A DNA stretch of 64,000 nucleotides from an uncultured Nitrososphaeraceae archaeon (GTDB taxonomy: Archaea; Thermoproteota; Nitrososphaeria; Nitrososphaerales; Nitrososphaeraceae). The first letter of the stretch is position 1; the number at the start of each line of letters is the position of its first letter. The stretch is from assembly GCA_963765895.1 (NCBI GenBank), contig CAVXZB010000019.1:192001-256000 (forward strand). Reading direction: 5' to 3'. A program made the translations under genes and the position numbers. Below are positions 43,576 through 55,638 of the stretch, piece by piece. The notes under the pieces were generated by a model that saw only the letters and a list, made by a program, of their open reading frames with translations, was not told where the DNA came from and made no database searches.

Positions 43576-44955
43576 TCATTTTCTAGATCTTTTCATGGCA
43601 AGCAACAGGGCTTGCAATTTATGCTGGGTTTCATTCCATTCATTTTTAGCAACGGAGTCGAAAACAATTCCGGCACCAGCCTGAAGATATGCTCCTTTGG
43701 AGTCTAGGAATAATGATCTGATAGTGATTGAAAAATCGCACGATCCATTACACGAAAAATAACCTACGGCACCAGCATACGGCCCACGTCGTCCAGGTTC
43801 AAGTTCATTTATTATCTGCATTGCCCTAACTTTTGGAGCGCCAGACACAGTTCCAGCTGGAAAAATTGCCTTGAATGCATCAAAGGCATCGAGGTTTTCA
43901 TCTAAATCACCACAAACGTGTGAAACGATGTGTTGAACATGACTAAATCTTTTTACGGACATTAAATCTAGGACCTTCACGGAACCAAATTTTGACACCT
44001 TTCCGATATCGTTCCTAGCCAAGTCAACAAGCATTGTGTGTTCGGATATCTCCTTCTTATCTTTCAGAAGTTCTTGGCGTAGTCGCCTATTTTCATCGCT
44101 ATTTTTGGCTGCTGCTCTAGTTCCGGCAATAGGGAACGTTTCCAGACGATCATTGGTAATCCTTAAGAGCATTTCTGGACTTGAACCAACGATAAAACGC
44201 TTGCCCATTTTTAAAAAATACATATAGGGAGAAGGATTTATCTTTCTCAAATTTTGATAAAACGCTAATGGATCCCCTTTTAGATTAAACCTTAATTTTC
44301 GAGATAAAACAACTTGAAAAACGTCACCCTTATATACATATCTTTTGGCTTCGTTTACCATTTTTATAAACTCATTCCGAGTCAGGTTTGATCTAGGTCT
44401 AGAGTAGGAGAATTTTTTTTCACTGTCTGGAAGCCTTTGGTCCTCGACTACTCTTTTAACTAGATCTTGCCTGCCTTTGTCTCCAACGTAAAAGTAGTAA
44501 ACACTGTTGTCACTGTGATTGAAAATTATCCCGTCCATGTACATTCCAAAATCAAGGATAGGGAATTCAGAATCCATTTGACCAGAATCGGAAGTGACAT
44601 TTTCCCATAACTCGATTGCCTCGTAGCTGACATAACCGACAGCACCGCCACAATATCTAAATTTCTTATTAGTTACATGAGGCAAAAGCAATCGCAACTT
44701 GGAAAATGGCTCGGCGATATCGCTTTCATAAACTTTCTTTTTATTACGATTTGTTACGGTGAGTTTTTTGCCACTCATGTTAATAACGTATATTGGATCG
44801 AAACCAATGATGGATGACTCGGAGAGCTCTTTAGGTCCAACTAACGATTCGAAAATAAACGCCCTTTCATAATGATGGTATAATTTCTTGAATAGATCGA
44901 ATTGATCGCAATCACAGTTTAATTTTATTATATTAAATTTACTTTTCCTAGTCAA
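43576..44955 (-). CDS. trpE: Anthranilate synthase component I family (chorismate-binding)
   Basis: FESL, GGAVGYVSY, FQVVLS, NPSPYM, SSPE, PIAGT, EHTMLVDLARND, FPAGTVSGAPK and QAGAGIV. Confidence 0.9.
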   Translation of the reverse strand: MTRKSKFNIIKLNCDCDQFDLFKKLYHHYERAFIFESLVGPKELSESSIIGFDPIYVINMSGKKLTVTNRNKKKVYESDIAEPFSKLRLLLPHVTNKKFRYCGGAVGYVSYEAIELWENVTSDSGQMDSEFPILDFGMYMDGIIFNHSDNSVYYFYVGDKGRQDLVKRVVEDQRLPDSEKKFSYSRPRSNLTRNEFIKMVNEAKRYVYKGDVFQVVLSRKLRFNLKGDPLAFYQNLRKINPSPYMYFLKMGKRFIVGSSPEMLLRITNDRLETFPIAGTRAAAKNSDENRRLRQELLKDKKEISEHTMLVDLARNDIGKVSKFGSVKVLDLMSVKRFSHVQHIVSHVCGDLDENLDAFDAFKAIFPAGTVSGAPKVRAMQIINELEPGRRGPYAGAVGYFSCNGSCDFSITIRSLFLDSKGAYLQAGAGIVFDSVAKNEWNETQHKLQALLLAMKRSRK

Positions 44956-45927
44956 TCCCTCTTATCAGTAAATTGGGGATGCAATAAATATTATTACTTA
45001 GCCGGTTAAGTAATTTGGATCATGACAACCATTAGGAAAGAATAATATCTTTTTAGCTAAATTAAGTTTAATGGTCACAACTGAATGGAACTTAATATAT
45101 TAGTAGTGTTATCATGGTATCTGACTTGGGTCATGATTTGTGTATTTAAGAAAGAAAAAAGTAAAATTTACTCTTCATATTTGTACGATAAGGGGCTCAG
45201 ATGACGATTTTTGCCTTAAATAAGATTTCTAAACTTGTTTTATGACAATAACTGCTATATTACACACAGTAACTGAAGGTTATTCTATAGCGAAGCGCTC
45301 TTTATTCCACTGATGAATGTGTACATGATAGGGTTAAGTACGGACACATCCTGACCTAGCTTATCGGTTACTATTTGTTAGAATAGTTTATTTCATTCGA
45401 TGTTTGTACTTATCGCATATTCTCGGCAAGAAATGACTGAACGTCTAACTCCGTATTCCATTACAATTGACATTCTCCAAAAATTGATGTGTAAGAAATT
45501 TTCTAGTATTGTAGATGTTGACGCTAGGAGGCATTTAAACTTAGAAGCATATCATGTGCAGACAATGGACACAATTTTTCTCTTTGTGTTTCTACGTCTT
45601 ATAGCATATCGCGGGTAATTGTTAATTGAATTCGTAGGGGCTTAAGTTTCATGAAGCACGCATTATAGCGTGTTTGCCAATCGAGAAGATCAGGATATGA
45701 TGGATTGCCAATTCATCTTGATGGCCCTGATCTAAAATGGTATACAAGTTTCTCAAACATAGTTTACTTATAAAGAACAGCTTATTGATAATGCGTAGGC
45801 TTAATGTATTACTCGATAACATTATTAGCTCACAGAAAGTATTATTCGATTATCTAGAGATTCTAAGAACCAATTATTAGATATGTATTTACGGGTAGTT
45901 AAGTTTATAATAATTCAGTAACTAGTT

Positions 45928-47322
45928 TTGCCAGCAATTTTGAATCGAGGCGATCTCGAAATTACAAACAAAAATTTAGAATCCTTTCATTTTGCACTCG
46001 CTGCTGTAGAAGCTGCAATAAAATCGGTTGATCCTTATCGTCTAATCAAAAAGCATATGAAAGTAAAAGGACACAATCTACTAATTACAGATATCTTTGG
46101 TAATGCTACTAAAATCAATTTATCTAGAATTCAGCAAACTTACATTGTTGGTGCTGGTAAAGCATCAGGGAAGATGGCTCTAGCAGTTCACAGTGTTCTA
46201 GGTCATAGGAAGATCAAGGGAGCTGTAAATATACCGTACGATTCTGGTCTAACATCTGACCTGATATCACTAAACGAAGCTGGGCATCCAATACCAGACG
46301 AAAATGGTATAGCTGGAGTAAAAAAAATACTTGACCTCTTGAAACAGGCGGGTAGGTCAGATCTTGTCATTGTTCTAATCTCTGGTGGTGGATCCGCGCT
46401 GTTACCTATGCCAATAAGGGGTATTTCCTTGCCTATCAAAAAATTAGTTACTCGCTCTTTATTGCTTTCTGGAGCTTCGATAGATGAAGTTAATGCTGTA
46501 AGAAAGCATTTATCGAAAGTCAAGGGTGGTAAGCTTCTTAACTATGTTAATACAGGATCCAGAGTTGTATCCCTAATTATCTCCGATGTTATCGGCGATG
46601 ATCTGAGTATAATTGCCTCTGGTCCGACTTACTATGATATCTCCACGTTTCTGCAGGCTAAAGAAATTCTCAAGAAATATATTCTCTGGGAAAGCAAAGA
46701 CTTCGTTCTCGTTAGGAGGATCATAGAAAATGGTATTAATGGAAAAATTCAAGAGACCATTAAGCCTGGTGATCAGCTATTGACCAATGTCAGTAATATC
46801 CTAATTGGAAATAACGAAATGGCGTGCAAAGCAGCTCATGAGACGCTGAAAAAAATGAGAGTGAATACGTTGTATCTGGGTTCGGCGTTCGGAGGCTTAG
46901 CCATCGATCATGGAAAGTACATTGCCACTCTGGCAAACCAACTATCATCTTATTGTCTCCCGTCAGCATTAGTTTTGGGAGGTGAAACAGTCGTAAAAGT
47001 TAGTGAGTGTCACCAAAATGGCATAGGAGGAAGAAATCAAGAGGCGGCATTGAGTTCAGCAATGAGTTTAGGATATAAGAAAAATATGGATCTTTCAATT
47101 TGCTGTATAGGAACAGATGGAATCGATGGCAACTCTACTTGCGCTGGAGCGTTTGTGACGTCGAGGATTTTACCATTAATTTTGACCAATAGAATAAAAT
47201 ATAAAGCATATTTATCTAAACATGATAGCAGCAGGGCATTTAAAGAACTTGAATCTGTGGTCATCACAGGGAGGACTGGTACAAACGTTAATGATATTTC
47301 TATAATTGTTAGGTTTCGGTAG
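45928..47322 (+). CDS. Glycerate 2-kinase (MOFRL/GckA family)
   Basis: GAGKA, GHPIPD, ISGGGSAL, RKHLSKVKGG, SDVIGD, GGETVV, GGRNQE, TDGIDG and TGTNVND. Confidence 0.94.
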   Translation: MPAILNRGDLEITNKNLESFHFALAAVEAAIKSVDPYRLIKKHMKVKGHNLLITDIFGNATKINLSRIQQTYIVGAGKASGKMALAVHSVLGHRKIKGAVNIPYDSGLTSDLISLNEAGHPIPDENGIAGVKKILDLLKQAGRSDLVIVLISGGGSALLPMPIRGISLPIKKLVTRSLLLSGASIDEVNAVRKHLSKVKGGKLLNYVNTGSRVVSLIISDVIGDDLSIIASGPTYYDISTFLQAKEILKKYILWESKDFVLVRRIIENGINGKIQETIKPGDQLLTNVSNILIGNNEMACKAAHETLKKMRVNTLYLGSAFGGLAIDHGKYIATLANQLSSYCLPSALVLGGETVVKVSECHQNGIGGRNQEAALSSAMSLGYKKNMDLSICCIGTDGIDGNSTCAGAFVTSRILPLILTNRIKYKAYLSKHDSSRAFKELESVVITGRTGTNVNDISIIVRFR

Positions 47323-47383
47323 CGGGTATCATCCATGTGTTCTCCGATGTGATATACATTGCTCTTCTTAAGATTGGCCGTAT

Positions 47384-48209
47384 TTAGATGGCTGTTGTGC
47401 ATATTGTCGCCTGACTATCTGCTACTCGGATGGAAGTCCCATTTGTGGCTCTTACTATCAATGTACCGTCAAGATCAATATCCAGTACACGACCTTCAAA
47501 GCACGTATGATCCTTGTTCACAACGCGGACATATTTATTAAATGTCTCACATCTAACTTTCCAATCATTTAGAACCGATAGTTCATCGGTACTGAAGTTG
47601 TTCAAGGTAATAATCTAATTTTTGTAAGGTTTGCACTATAAGGCCTCCGCAATCTATATCTCTCCCAGAAAGTTCTTGCCTCAAAGACGTAATCTCGTAG
47701 GCAGCCCCTATAGTTTTATTGATCAAGTGTAACGATGTGTTGTCAAGGTCTGAGTTTATTCCGATTCCAAATACTAGATACTTTAATACCTCTTTTTCAG
47801 CTCCGATCGAGATCAAGATACCAGAAACCTTCTTTGAATTTATGACTATGTCATTTGGCCATTTTATCTTTGATTCCAATCCAGTTTCGACTCGGATAGC
47901 CTCGCATACCGATAGTGATGCAACAGAAGATAGAAACGATGCCTTGTTCACTGAGATGCGCGGTCGAAGTATTAATGAAAGCCAGATTCCGCCTTTGGGA
48001 GATATCCATCTTTTACCGTCTCTCCCCTTCCCTTCGCTCTGTTCATTTGCAATGATTAATGTTCTCTCCAGTTTCGAATTTGTTTCTGCGAGAGATATTG
48101 CTATGTCTTGTGTCGATTCGGCTTTGTCATAAAAAAATATATTTTTGCATATAAAGTTCTGATCTGTCGTTGAGAGGAACCTCAAAATGTTACAATATTT
48201 ACTATTCAT
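47384..48209 (-). CDS. birA: Biotin--protein ligase without an N-terminal HTH (frameshift near 47595)
   Basis: STQD, QSEGKGRDGKRW, KWPND, KVSGIL and GIGIN; C-terminal LDIDLDGTLIV in ORF 47384-47605. Confidence 0.92.
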
Positions 48210-49003
48210 AATTTTGAATCGGTAGGTGTTAGTCTTCTGTCAAGGATATAATAACGATTAATTACTGAGGTATAAACGAGAAGAGTTCAAAGTCAGGAAC
48301 CAAAATGAGCGCTGCTCAAAACGTCGAAAAGTTGAGCGTTGAATTAACTCCCAGTCCAAGCCTATTTTCTAAAATCATGGATGATACCTAATCGACCGAG
48401 TCCGTACAGTTTAAAGCGAAAATTTATGTTTCTATGGCGTGCGACTAAATCGTTTGATTAGCTCCATTGAAAACTATCTGGAGATTCTAATTATGCCTCC
48501 GTGTTTGTTAAATGGGCATGTACTTACGTCACCGTCTTATACTTAGGAGGCCAAAAATACCGAGTCGCATGAGCAGATATTGGACCTGGCAAAATATCGT
48601 ACTAGATTAGAAACGAATCATATGAATCAACTAAACTTCAGGAGTGCTTCGGTCAATTGATGGGCCAATTTGCGGCCCAATATCTTATCCAATCCGTTGG
48701 CAACGTGCAGGGCTATTATGCTTGATTTTGGGTTTTCGAAGAATAGGATGTCTGACGGGGTAAATGGTCCATTATTCAAGCATGGTATTAGATATTGTTT
48801 ATGTAATACTGGTACTGAACCCTGAACCCTAACTGTTAATCACCTTAGATTCAATGTGCCTGTATTTTAATCCAGTACCAAAAAAGCATAGGTGATGGAT
48901 AGATCAATGGATTGTGACCATATACTTTTGAATTGTAATTTGTCAAGTCTTCATTTCATTATGCGGTGTGAATCAGTAGGGTCAAATATGGTAATTAGAT
49001 TGT

Positions 49004-49900
49004 TTGACTAGAGATCAGAATATGATAACAGATTGGCTTCGCGCCATAAGAGTCAAGTTTATTCTTGCCTCGATAATAGCTGTATTAGTTGGTTTGTCCG
49101 TAGCCTATTGGAAAACGGGCCATATTAATTATATTTATTCAATTCTTACTGTCCTCGGCGTCGTATCTTTACATGCGAGCATAGATCTGCTAAATGATTA
49201 TTGGGATTACGTTCGAGGGATCGATAAGCACACAAAGAGAACCAGGTTTAGCGGGGGCACTGGAGTACTTCCAGAGAATATATTGAGTCCAAGGAGCGTT
49301 TACATCGCGGGTATAGTATTCTTATGTGTGGGGGCTATTATTGGGATTTATTTTGTAACAATCAGAGGCGTAGTAATAGCACTCATACTTGTTTTCGCAA
49401 TTATTTCTATTTATTTCTATTCAACTAAGATCGTGAACATGGGACTCGGTGAGGTGCTGATTGTCCTCAAAGGCATGCTAATCGTCCAAGGGGCATACTA
49501 CGTACAGACCCCAGAACTGAGTACTGGAGCAGTCTACAATGGATTAATAGTTGGTATACTTTCGGCTACAGTTCTTTTCGCAAACTCATTTCCAGATTTT
49601 GAAGCAGATAAACGTCATGGCAGACATACGCTTGTTATATTACTTGGAAGAAAATACGGCGCGAAATTTTTCACTATATTTATTTTGGTCCCATATGCCC
49701 TGATTGTTGTTGGAACGTTTGATGGTTATACTAAAGTTTATACTCTAGTTTGTCTAACGACTTTACCTTTAGCCATTAGAGCGATTGTACTTCTAAACAA
49801 AGATTTCATCGGGGAGACAAGCCTACTTATTGTCATGTCAAACACAATCTGGTGTTCTCGTCTCACAGGTAGTCTACTTGCTATAAGTCTCATCATGTGA
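49004..49900 (+). CDS. UbiA-family prenyltransferase, MenA-like
   Basis: WLRAIR, NDYWDYVRGID, FSGG, GLGE and NSFPDFEADKRHGRHTL. Confidence 0.87.
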   Translation: MTRDQNMITDWLRAIRVKFILASIIAVLVGLSVAYWKTGHINYIYSILTVLGVVSLHASIDLLNDYWDYVRGIDKHTKRTRFSGGTGVLPENILSPRSVYIAGIVFLCVGAIIGIYFVTIRGVVIALILVFAIISIYFYSTKIVNMGLGEVLIVLKGMLIVQGAYYVQTPELSTGAVYNGLIVGILSATVLFANSFPDFEADKRHGRHTLVILLGRKYGAKFFTIFILVPYALIVVGTFDGYTKVYTLVCLTTLPLAIRAIVLLNKDFIGETSLLIVMSNTIWCSRLTGSLLAISLIM

Positions 49901-49982
49901 GAGAATGTAAATAGAATAGTATTCCTGCTAGCCCTTACTAAATGGTGGCGTAGGGGCAAATATTTAGGCCAAAATAAGGATT

Positions 49983-51321
49983 TTATGCCCTGCAAGGGGG
50001 ATTGGCGAACCTATTGTTCGAATTTAGATGGTAATCCACAATGAGCTGCGGGTCCTTCTGTCTCCCTGTAAGAATCCCTACTACAACATCATCTTTTTTT
50101 ATCACTTCTTTTTGTCTAAGCTTTTTAACTGCCGCAGGTACTGCACCTGATGCCATTTCACAATCGAAGCCATTCAGACCTACAACCGACATACCGTCTG
50201 CCATCTCCTTATCATTTACTTGAACAACTAAGCCATTCGTAAAATCTAATGCTCGAAGTGCTTTTATAATATTGGCAGGCTTACCTATCTGAATTGCAGT
50301 GGCCTGAGTCTTTGGAACTTTCCCTTTCGCATCATTGAACTCATAGTATCGATTTATCATTGTCAAGTCCGGTCTTCCATTGTTCCAGGAAAGATTTTTC
50401 CCCTCGAAAACCCCATTTACTAATTCGTAAAAAGTATTAGCTCCTTGAGAATTGACAACCACTAATCGAGGGATTTTTTTTATCCAGCCCCATTCGTATA
50501 ACTCCATGAGACACTTACCACAGCTAGCAGTATTACCTAGAGCACCTCCAGGATAAAATATCCAGTCTGGAGGAGACCAGTCAAAACTTTCCAATGCTCT
50601 ATAAATCATAGTCTTTTGGCCCTCAATTCGAAATGGATTGACAGAATTTACTGTGTATCCATCCATTCTCTCGGGCTGCTTTCAGCGAGGTAGAGAGTGC
50701 GACATCAAAATTTCCATTAACTTCGATCACTTGAGCTCCAAACTGAAATGCCTGACCTAGCTTACCCGGTGCAACCTCTCCCTTCGGAATATATACACTA
50801 CATCCAATCCTCTCATTAGCGGCATACATCGCAGCGGATGCAGAGGTATTCCCAGTTGATGCGCAAATTAGGTTTTTAATCTTCAACATTTTGGCATGCG
50901 TGACCGCTGTAGACATCCCATTATCCTTGAATGATCCGCTCGGATTATACCCTTCCGGCTGCAATAAAAGAGAGTCTGCATTAATATTGGCATATTCAGC
51001 CACTTTGGTCATCCTATAGGGCTTAGAAAGCCGACCCTCTGATCCGTCAAGGGACACAAGATACGAAGCGCATTGTGCAAAGTCTTCACAATCTATGTTT
51101 ACAAAATTTATGAGATCTCGGAATCTCCACACTCCACTTTCGTTATAAATATTTCCTCCATGATCTCTCCTCTCATAAAATCTATCAATGAGTTCTCGCT
51201 TTGGTGGATTATGATATTGGACATCTAACAAATACCCACATGTACATAAATAATTACCAGTGGAGATATCAAATGTCAGTCCACAATCCGGATTAATGCA
51301 TTTTTTATTGGCTGTCTGCAT
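49983..51321 (-). CDS. thrC: Threonine synthase (frameshift near 50667)
   Basis: N-terminal Zn ribbon, EGYNPSGSFKD, ASTGNT, NSVNPFRIEGQKT, ATAIQIG and ILTG. Confidence 0.93.
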
Positions 51322-51524
51322 CTATTAGGATAGAGCCGATGTAATACTAGTCTATATTTATAGATAGGTCGTGGAATAGACGCTCAGGTAAGCTATTGCA
51401 ACAGCCCAGAAGCAAACTATGTTGAAAAATTCGAGAAATCAAAATAGTCTCATTGTTTCAAATATGGGGCCAAACCAAAATCCTTATCATATGTGTTCAA
51501 TAAATCATCTGGCCTCTGTTTATA

Positions 51525-51810
51525 TTACTTTGACCTTCTTTTTTCTGTTTTTTGGATAGGTTTATCAAGTATCTTCAAAACTTGCTGAATAACTCCATCC
51601 ATATCTTCCTCCTTGACATCTGGGAATACCGCATGATTAAGCAAATTGGTTACCGTTGTTGACGTTTCTGAACTCACCTCATCAAAGCTATCCATGTCGG
51701 TATATGTCTGCTGATAGAGTGTACGAAGACGAGGCAGCATACATCTGTGTTCGTTCGTTCACGGTTACTTTGTATGAACGTGAGTTCACCTTAATATTTT
51801 GCTCTATCAT
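51525..51810 (-). CDS. Hypothetical protein, about 94 aa after correcting a frameshift near 51735
   Basis: MIEQNIKVNSRSYKVTVNERTQMYA joins track ORF ...RLRTLYQQTYTDMDSFDEVS. Confidence 0.6.
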
Positions 51811-52093
51811 CCTTTTTATAACTTCGATTTTGTATATTAAATACTTGCCGAATTACCAGAACACCTATTTAAGGATATAAACCCTTTGATCATGAAAGTA
51901 TTTGCAATTAACTATATTTCTAACTCCGTCCTTGATTATGGCCATCGAGAATGAAGACATCGTTAAATATCATCCACTTTTTCTTATTATACTAATGTCA
52001 GGAATAATATTACACGTTGTCGTTCTATTTTGTCTAATGACCTTTTATGTATAGCCTGAAGACGTAGAGAAAGAGGGCGGTGCGATATATAGA

Positions 52094-52429
52094 TTGAAGA
52101 ATCGTTCAGATATAGAAGTTATGGCTTCAATTTTGCGGTCTGCTACAAAGAGCTGGGAATATAAAACTACAATAATGAATAATGCTGTAGTATCGCATTC
52201 TCAATTAATCAGATATCTAGCAATAGCCGTAGAAAAAGAGTTAATGGAATATTCAGAAACCACGGGCCTTTACAGGACAACTGCAGCAGGCGTAAAATAT
52301 TTGGCTAAATACGAACAGCTGCTAGTCTTATTACCTACGATACCTGAGCTTCCAGACTTGGATAACGTTCCGGACGCATCAAAACAGGATCATCTAAATG
52401 AACCCATAAAGGATCGTCTCCTATCCTGA
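52094..52429 (+). CDS. Winged-HTH protein (archaeal HTH_45/DUF2495-like)
   Basis: MKNRSDIEVMASIL...KTTIM...YL...L...YRTT..G..YL. Confidence 0.8.
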   Translation: MKNRSDIEVMASILRSATKSWEYKTTIMNNAVVSHSQLIRYLAIAVEKELMEYSETTGLYRTTAAGVKYLAKYEQLLVLLPTIPELPDLDNVPDASKQDHLNEPIKDRLLS

Positions 52430-52555
52430 TCACATATTCGACTTAGAGTAGATTAGTCAATTTTACACAAGTACTCGTCTCATATACTGTTGAATAGCTT
52501 TGGTAATAATTGAAGAGATCATTACGGTACATCAAACACTTAAATAATAAAGTAC

Positions 52556-53544
52556 ATGCCTATTCAAGACAAAGTGATTAAAAATAAACTTCAGATATGT
52601 ACAGAGCTGAAAGCGCTCTTGATGGAAAGCATAGCTCGTAATTATTCAGATAATTTGTTACTTTCTGGAGGACTCGATAGCAGTATTATCTCGTCCATAT
52701 CGCATCCGAAGAAGACGATCACAGTTGCCTCATCGATTAGAGCACCGGACCTGCGTTATGCAAGACTAATAGCTCACAAATTTAGTAAAAAGCATAACGA
52801 ATTAATACTTCCCTTAAAAGAATTATTTCGAGTTATAGAAAATGTTATTTATATCCTCAAAACTTTTGACCCTATTGAGATAAGGAATTCTAGTGTGGCG
52901 TTTGCAGCAATCGATCTGGTAAGGAAAGAGGGAGATAGAAGCATAATGACCGGTGACGGAGCTGACGAACTATTTGCAGGCTATAACTATTTGTTAAGGT
53001 ACTTTGACGACCATACTAGGCTAGATGACGAACTTGCTAGACTCTGGAATTTGATGAAGCTTCTCATCAGTTAAAATAGGAAGGAAGTTGGGAATAATGG
53101 TCTTCGCTCCTTTTCTAGATAAACAGTTCATGCGATTTGCTAAATCAGTTGATGTTGAGACAAAGGTAGGAGTACGAAATGGCAAGAAATGGGGAAAATT
53201 TATTTTGAGAGAATGTTTCGAGTCTGACCTTGGGGCGCTTGTAGTCTGGAGAAGAAAATATGCCCAAGAGGAAGGATCAGGATTTACGTCAGTAAGAAAT
53301 ATCTTATTACAAGGATACAAGTACGACACGTTAGCTGAACAGAGAGAGCGGACGCAATCCAGGGGTCAGAATTAGGGACATGGAACATCTATACTATTTT
53401 CATATCTACCGAAAGTATTTTCCACTACCAATTGAAGAGGCTTGTGTCGGCGAAAGATGTCCTGATTGCTGTGGTTGTCTTACCGAAAATTCGAATTATT
53501 GTCATACATGTGGATGTTATCCTACGAAGATCCCATTGAAATGA
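52556..53544 (+). CDS. Asparagine synthase C-terminal (ATP-PPase) domain protein with C-terminal double Zn ribbon; two frameshifts
   Basis: LLSGGLDSS, TGDGADELFAGY, PFLD and GKFILRE, with terminal CPDC...CHTCG; no glutaminase domain. Confidence 0.85.
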
Positions 53545-53920
53545 CATTCTGAACCTCTATCATCATTATACTAAGATTGCCAGTCTTAGATTTATTGCGA
53601 CTACGAAAAAATAAATTGTTGAAAGCAATCAATTAAGTTCTGTTCGATGGAACTAAAGTGGTTCCATCTGATAAAATCTACAATCAGAGCGCAGCCATAA
53701 CTGATATATTTAAAATTCATCCTTGTTCGGAGTCGAGCACATACTTTGATTTCCATCATAGTCTAGGGTAAAGATTTAAGTAGAATTTATCAGAATTAGG
53801 AAATATCAACTTTTATGAAAGCGACAGCAGAAAATATGGCTTTCATTGCTCCACAATAATTGGATGTCCAATGATTAGACACGATAGCGTAGACAAGACT
53901 CTGATTGCCCTTGTGTGGGC

Positions 53921-54121
53921 TTAGTTCTTGTTTTTCTTTGATTTGCCTTCTGTTAAAGATATGTGTTTTATTGTCTTCTTAATTCTCGATATTGTAGGAT
54001 AGCTGTAGCCCATACGTCGATAATTACGGATCATAGTTTTCCAATTTGAAAGCCTCCAGGCAGCCTGCTCTGATGTTAATAGCATAGTTTCTCTTTTCAC
54101 CTTGCTTTTTCTTCCAGGCAT
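53921..54121 (-). CDS. Small basic hypothetical protein
   Basis: MPGRKSKVKRE...WKTMIRNYRRMGYSYPTISRIKK; ATG at 54121 preferred over the track start at 54271. Confidence 0.65.
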   Translation of the reverse strand: MPGRKSKVKRETMLLTSEQAAWRLSNWKTMIRNYRRMGYSYPTISRIKKTIKHISLTEGKSKKNKN

Positions 54122-54423
54122 CAGATATCCACCAGACTGGGCTTTGACTCGATGATATGAAAACTTTAGTCCAAATATTATCATATCAGTTGTAAGCGAG
54201 CTAAAATAGAACCCAAGTTCTTTCCCCTGTTGCTCCGTGGCTCTTATCTTGTAGATATATTGTTTCAACAATTTGATACGCGAGTTGCTATGTTTAATAT
54301 CTTTCTAAATCCGAGTTCTGAAAGATTTCCTCCGCCTCCTGGACCACGAAAAAATAAAGATTATGTAGACACAAGACCTCATGAGTAACAATTCCGGATT
54401 CAAAGGATTCTGATTCGAACCAA

Positions 54424-55638
54424 CTATATAATATTGAGTCTCTTACCGATAGTTTCAATTTTTTCTAAGGCGATTTTTAATTGTTTTAATTGCAATGAGG
54501 TTGTGATTGATGCCCTTAGCCTTGCTTTGCCCAGTGGGACGGTAGGGTAACGTACTGGCTGCATAAAAATACCGTCTGAAAGGAGAGCCTTTGAGAACTG
54601 CATGGTCAGTTTCTCATCGCCTATAATAAGTGGAATAATTTGGCTTCTGAATCTGGATCTACAACTCTTAGCATTGAAACCATTATGCTCTATCTTTGAA
54701 GAAAAAAAGGTAACATTCCTCTTTAGTTGTTCTTGCAAATTACCCTTGGTCGCTATTGGAATAGCTGCCAATGCAGAAGAACACAGATGGGAAGGTAGCC
54801 CAGAGGAGTACATAAATGACCGTGATCTATTTATTAATAATTCTATTATCTGCTCCGAGGCGGCAACGTAACCCCCAAAACATCCTAAGGCCTTACTTAA
54901 ACTGCTAATATATACATCAACTAAATGTCGTCTCTCTAACGCCACTCCGAATTCAGGGACTTGATCATAAATAAAATCGCCGTGTGAATCATCAACTATA
55001 GTTATAACGTTGTGACGAAGCGCAATATTATGAATCTCCTGTAGGTCAGAACGATCGCCATCCATACTAAAAATAGTTTCTGTCAAAATTATCTTTCTAT
55101 CTGACTTCCCCTTTCGAATAATCTGTTCAAGATGCTCCAGATCGTTATGTTTGAAAATTTCAATTCGAGCCCCGCTAAGCTTGCATCCATCTATTAAACT
55201 AGCATGATTATACTCGTCACTATAAATTGTTGTAAATTTATTTGCTAGGGTTGATATAACGCCAATATTTGCCATGTAACCACTTGGATAAATCAATGCT
55301 CTATCTGTCTTGCGATGGTCAGAAAGCTTCTCTTCAAGTTGCATTAACTCGTTACTATTTCCTGCTAGTAGTCTAGAACTACATTGTGATATTTGATTCA
55401 AATTTTCGATGGTCATCTTCAATACCGTTCTATTTTGAGATAACCCAAGATAGTCGTTAGAGCATAGGTTTATGCTCTCCACTCCGTTAACCAGAACAAT
55501 TGTTGTATTCTTATTGGTGGATACTAGATTGAGCCTTCGATACAAATTTGCTTTATTTAGACGACATAATTCGTCTTTCACAAAACTGAATTTGTCATGC
55601 TTAGGTCTTTTTCGCCTTAAACTATGCCTTAAGACCAA
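54424..55638 (-). CDS. bioF: 8-amino-7-oxononanoate synthase
   Basis: CSNDYLGL, SGYMANIG, NHASLIDG, HND, FSMDGD, DDSHG, SLSKALG and PTVP..ARLR. Confidence 0.95.
   Translation of the reverse strand: MVLRHSLRRKRPKHDKFSFVKDELCRLNKANLYRRLNLVSTNKNTTIVLVNGVESINLCSNDYLGLSQNRTVLKMTIENLNQISQCSSRLLAGNSNELMQLEEKLSDHRKTDRALIYPSGYMANIGVISTLANKFTTIYSDEYNHASLIDGCKLSGARIEIFKHNDLEHLEQIIRKGKSDRKIILTETIFSMDGDRSDLQEIHNIALRHNVITIVDDSHGDFIYDQVPEFGVALERRHLVDVYISSLSKALGCFGGYVAASEQIIELLINRSRSFMYSSGLPSHLCSSALAAIPIATKGNLQEQLKRNVTFFSSKIEHNGFNAKSCRSRFRSQIIPLIIGDEKLTMQFSKALLSDGIFMQPVRYPTVPLGKARLRASITTSLQLKQLKIALEKIETIGKRLNII

Noticed and set aside
45400-45618. Intergenic ORFs 45400-45618, 6149-6373 and 59692-59883
   Set aside because: No motif or convincing composition; not supportable from sequence alone.
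48300-48690. GC hairpins (GCTCAA/TTGAGC, GGGCC/GGCCC) in the birA-prenyltransferase gap as an ncRNA
   Set aside because: The stems are only 5-6 bp, with no tRNA, SRP, RNase P or box C/D pattern.
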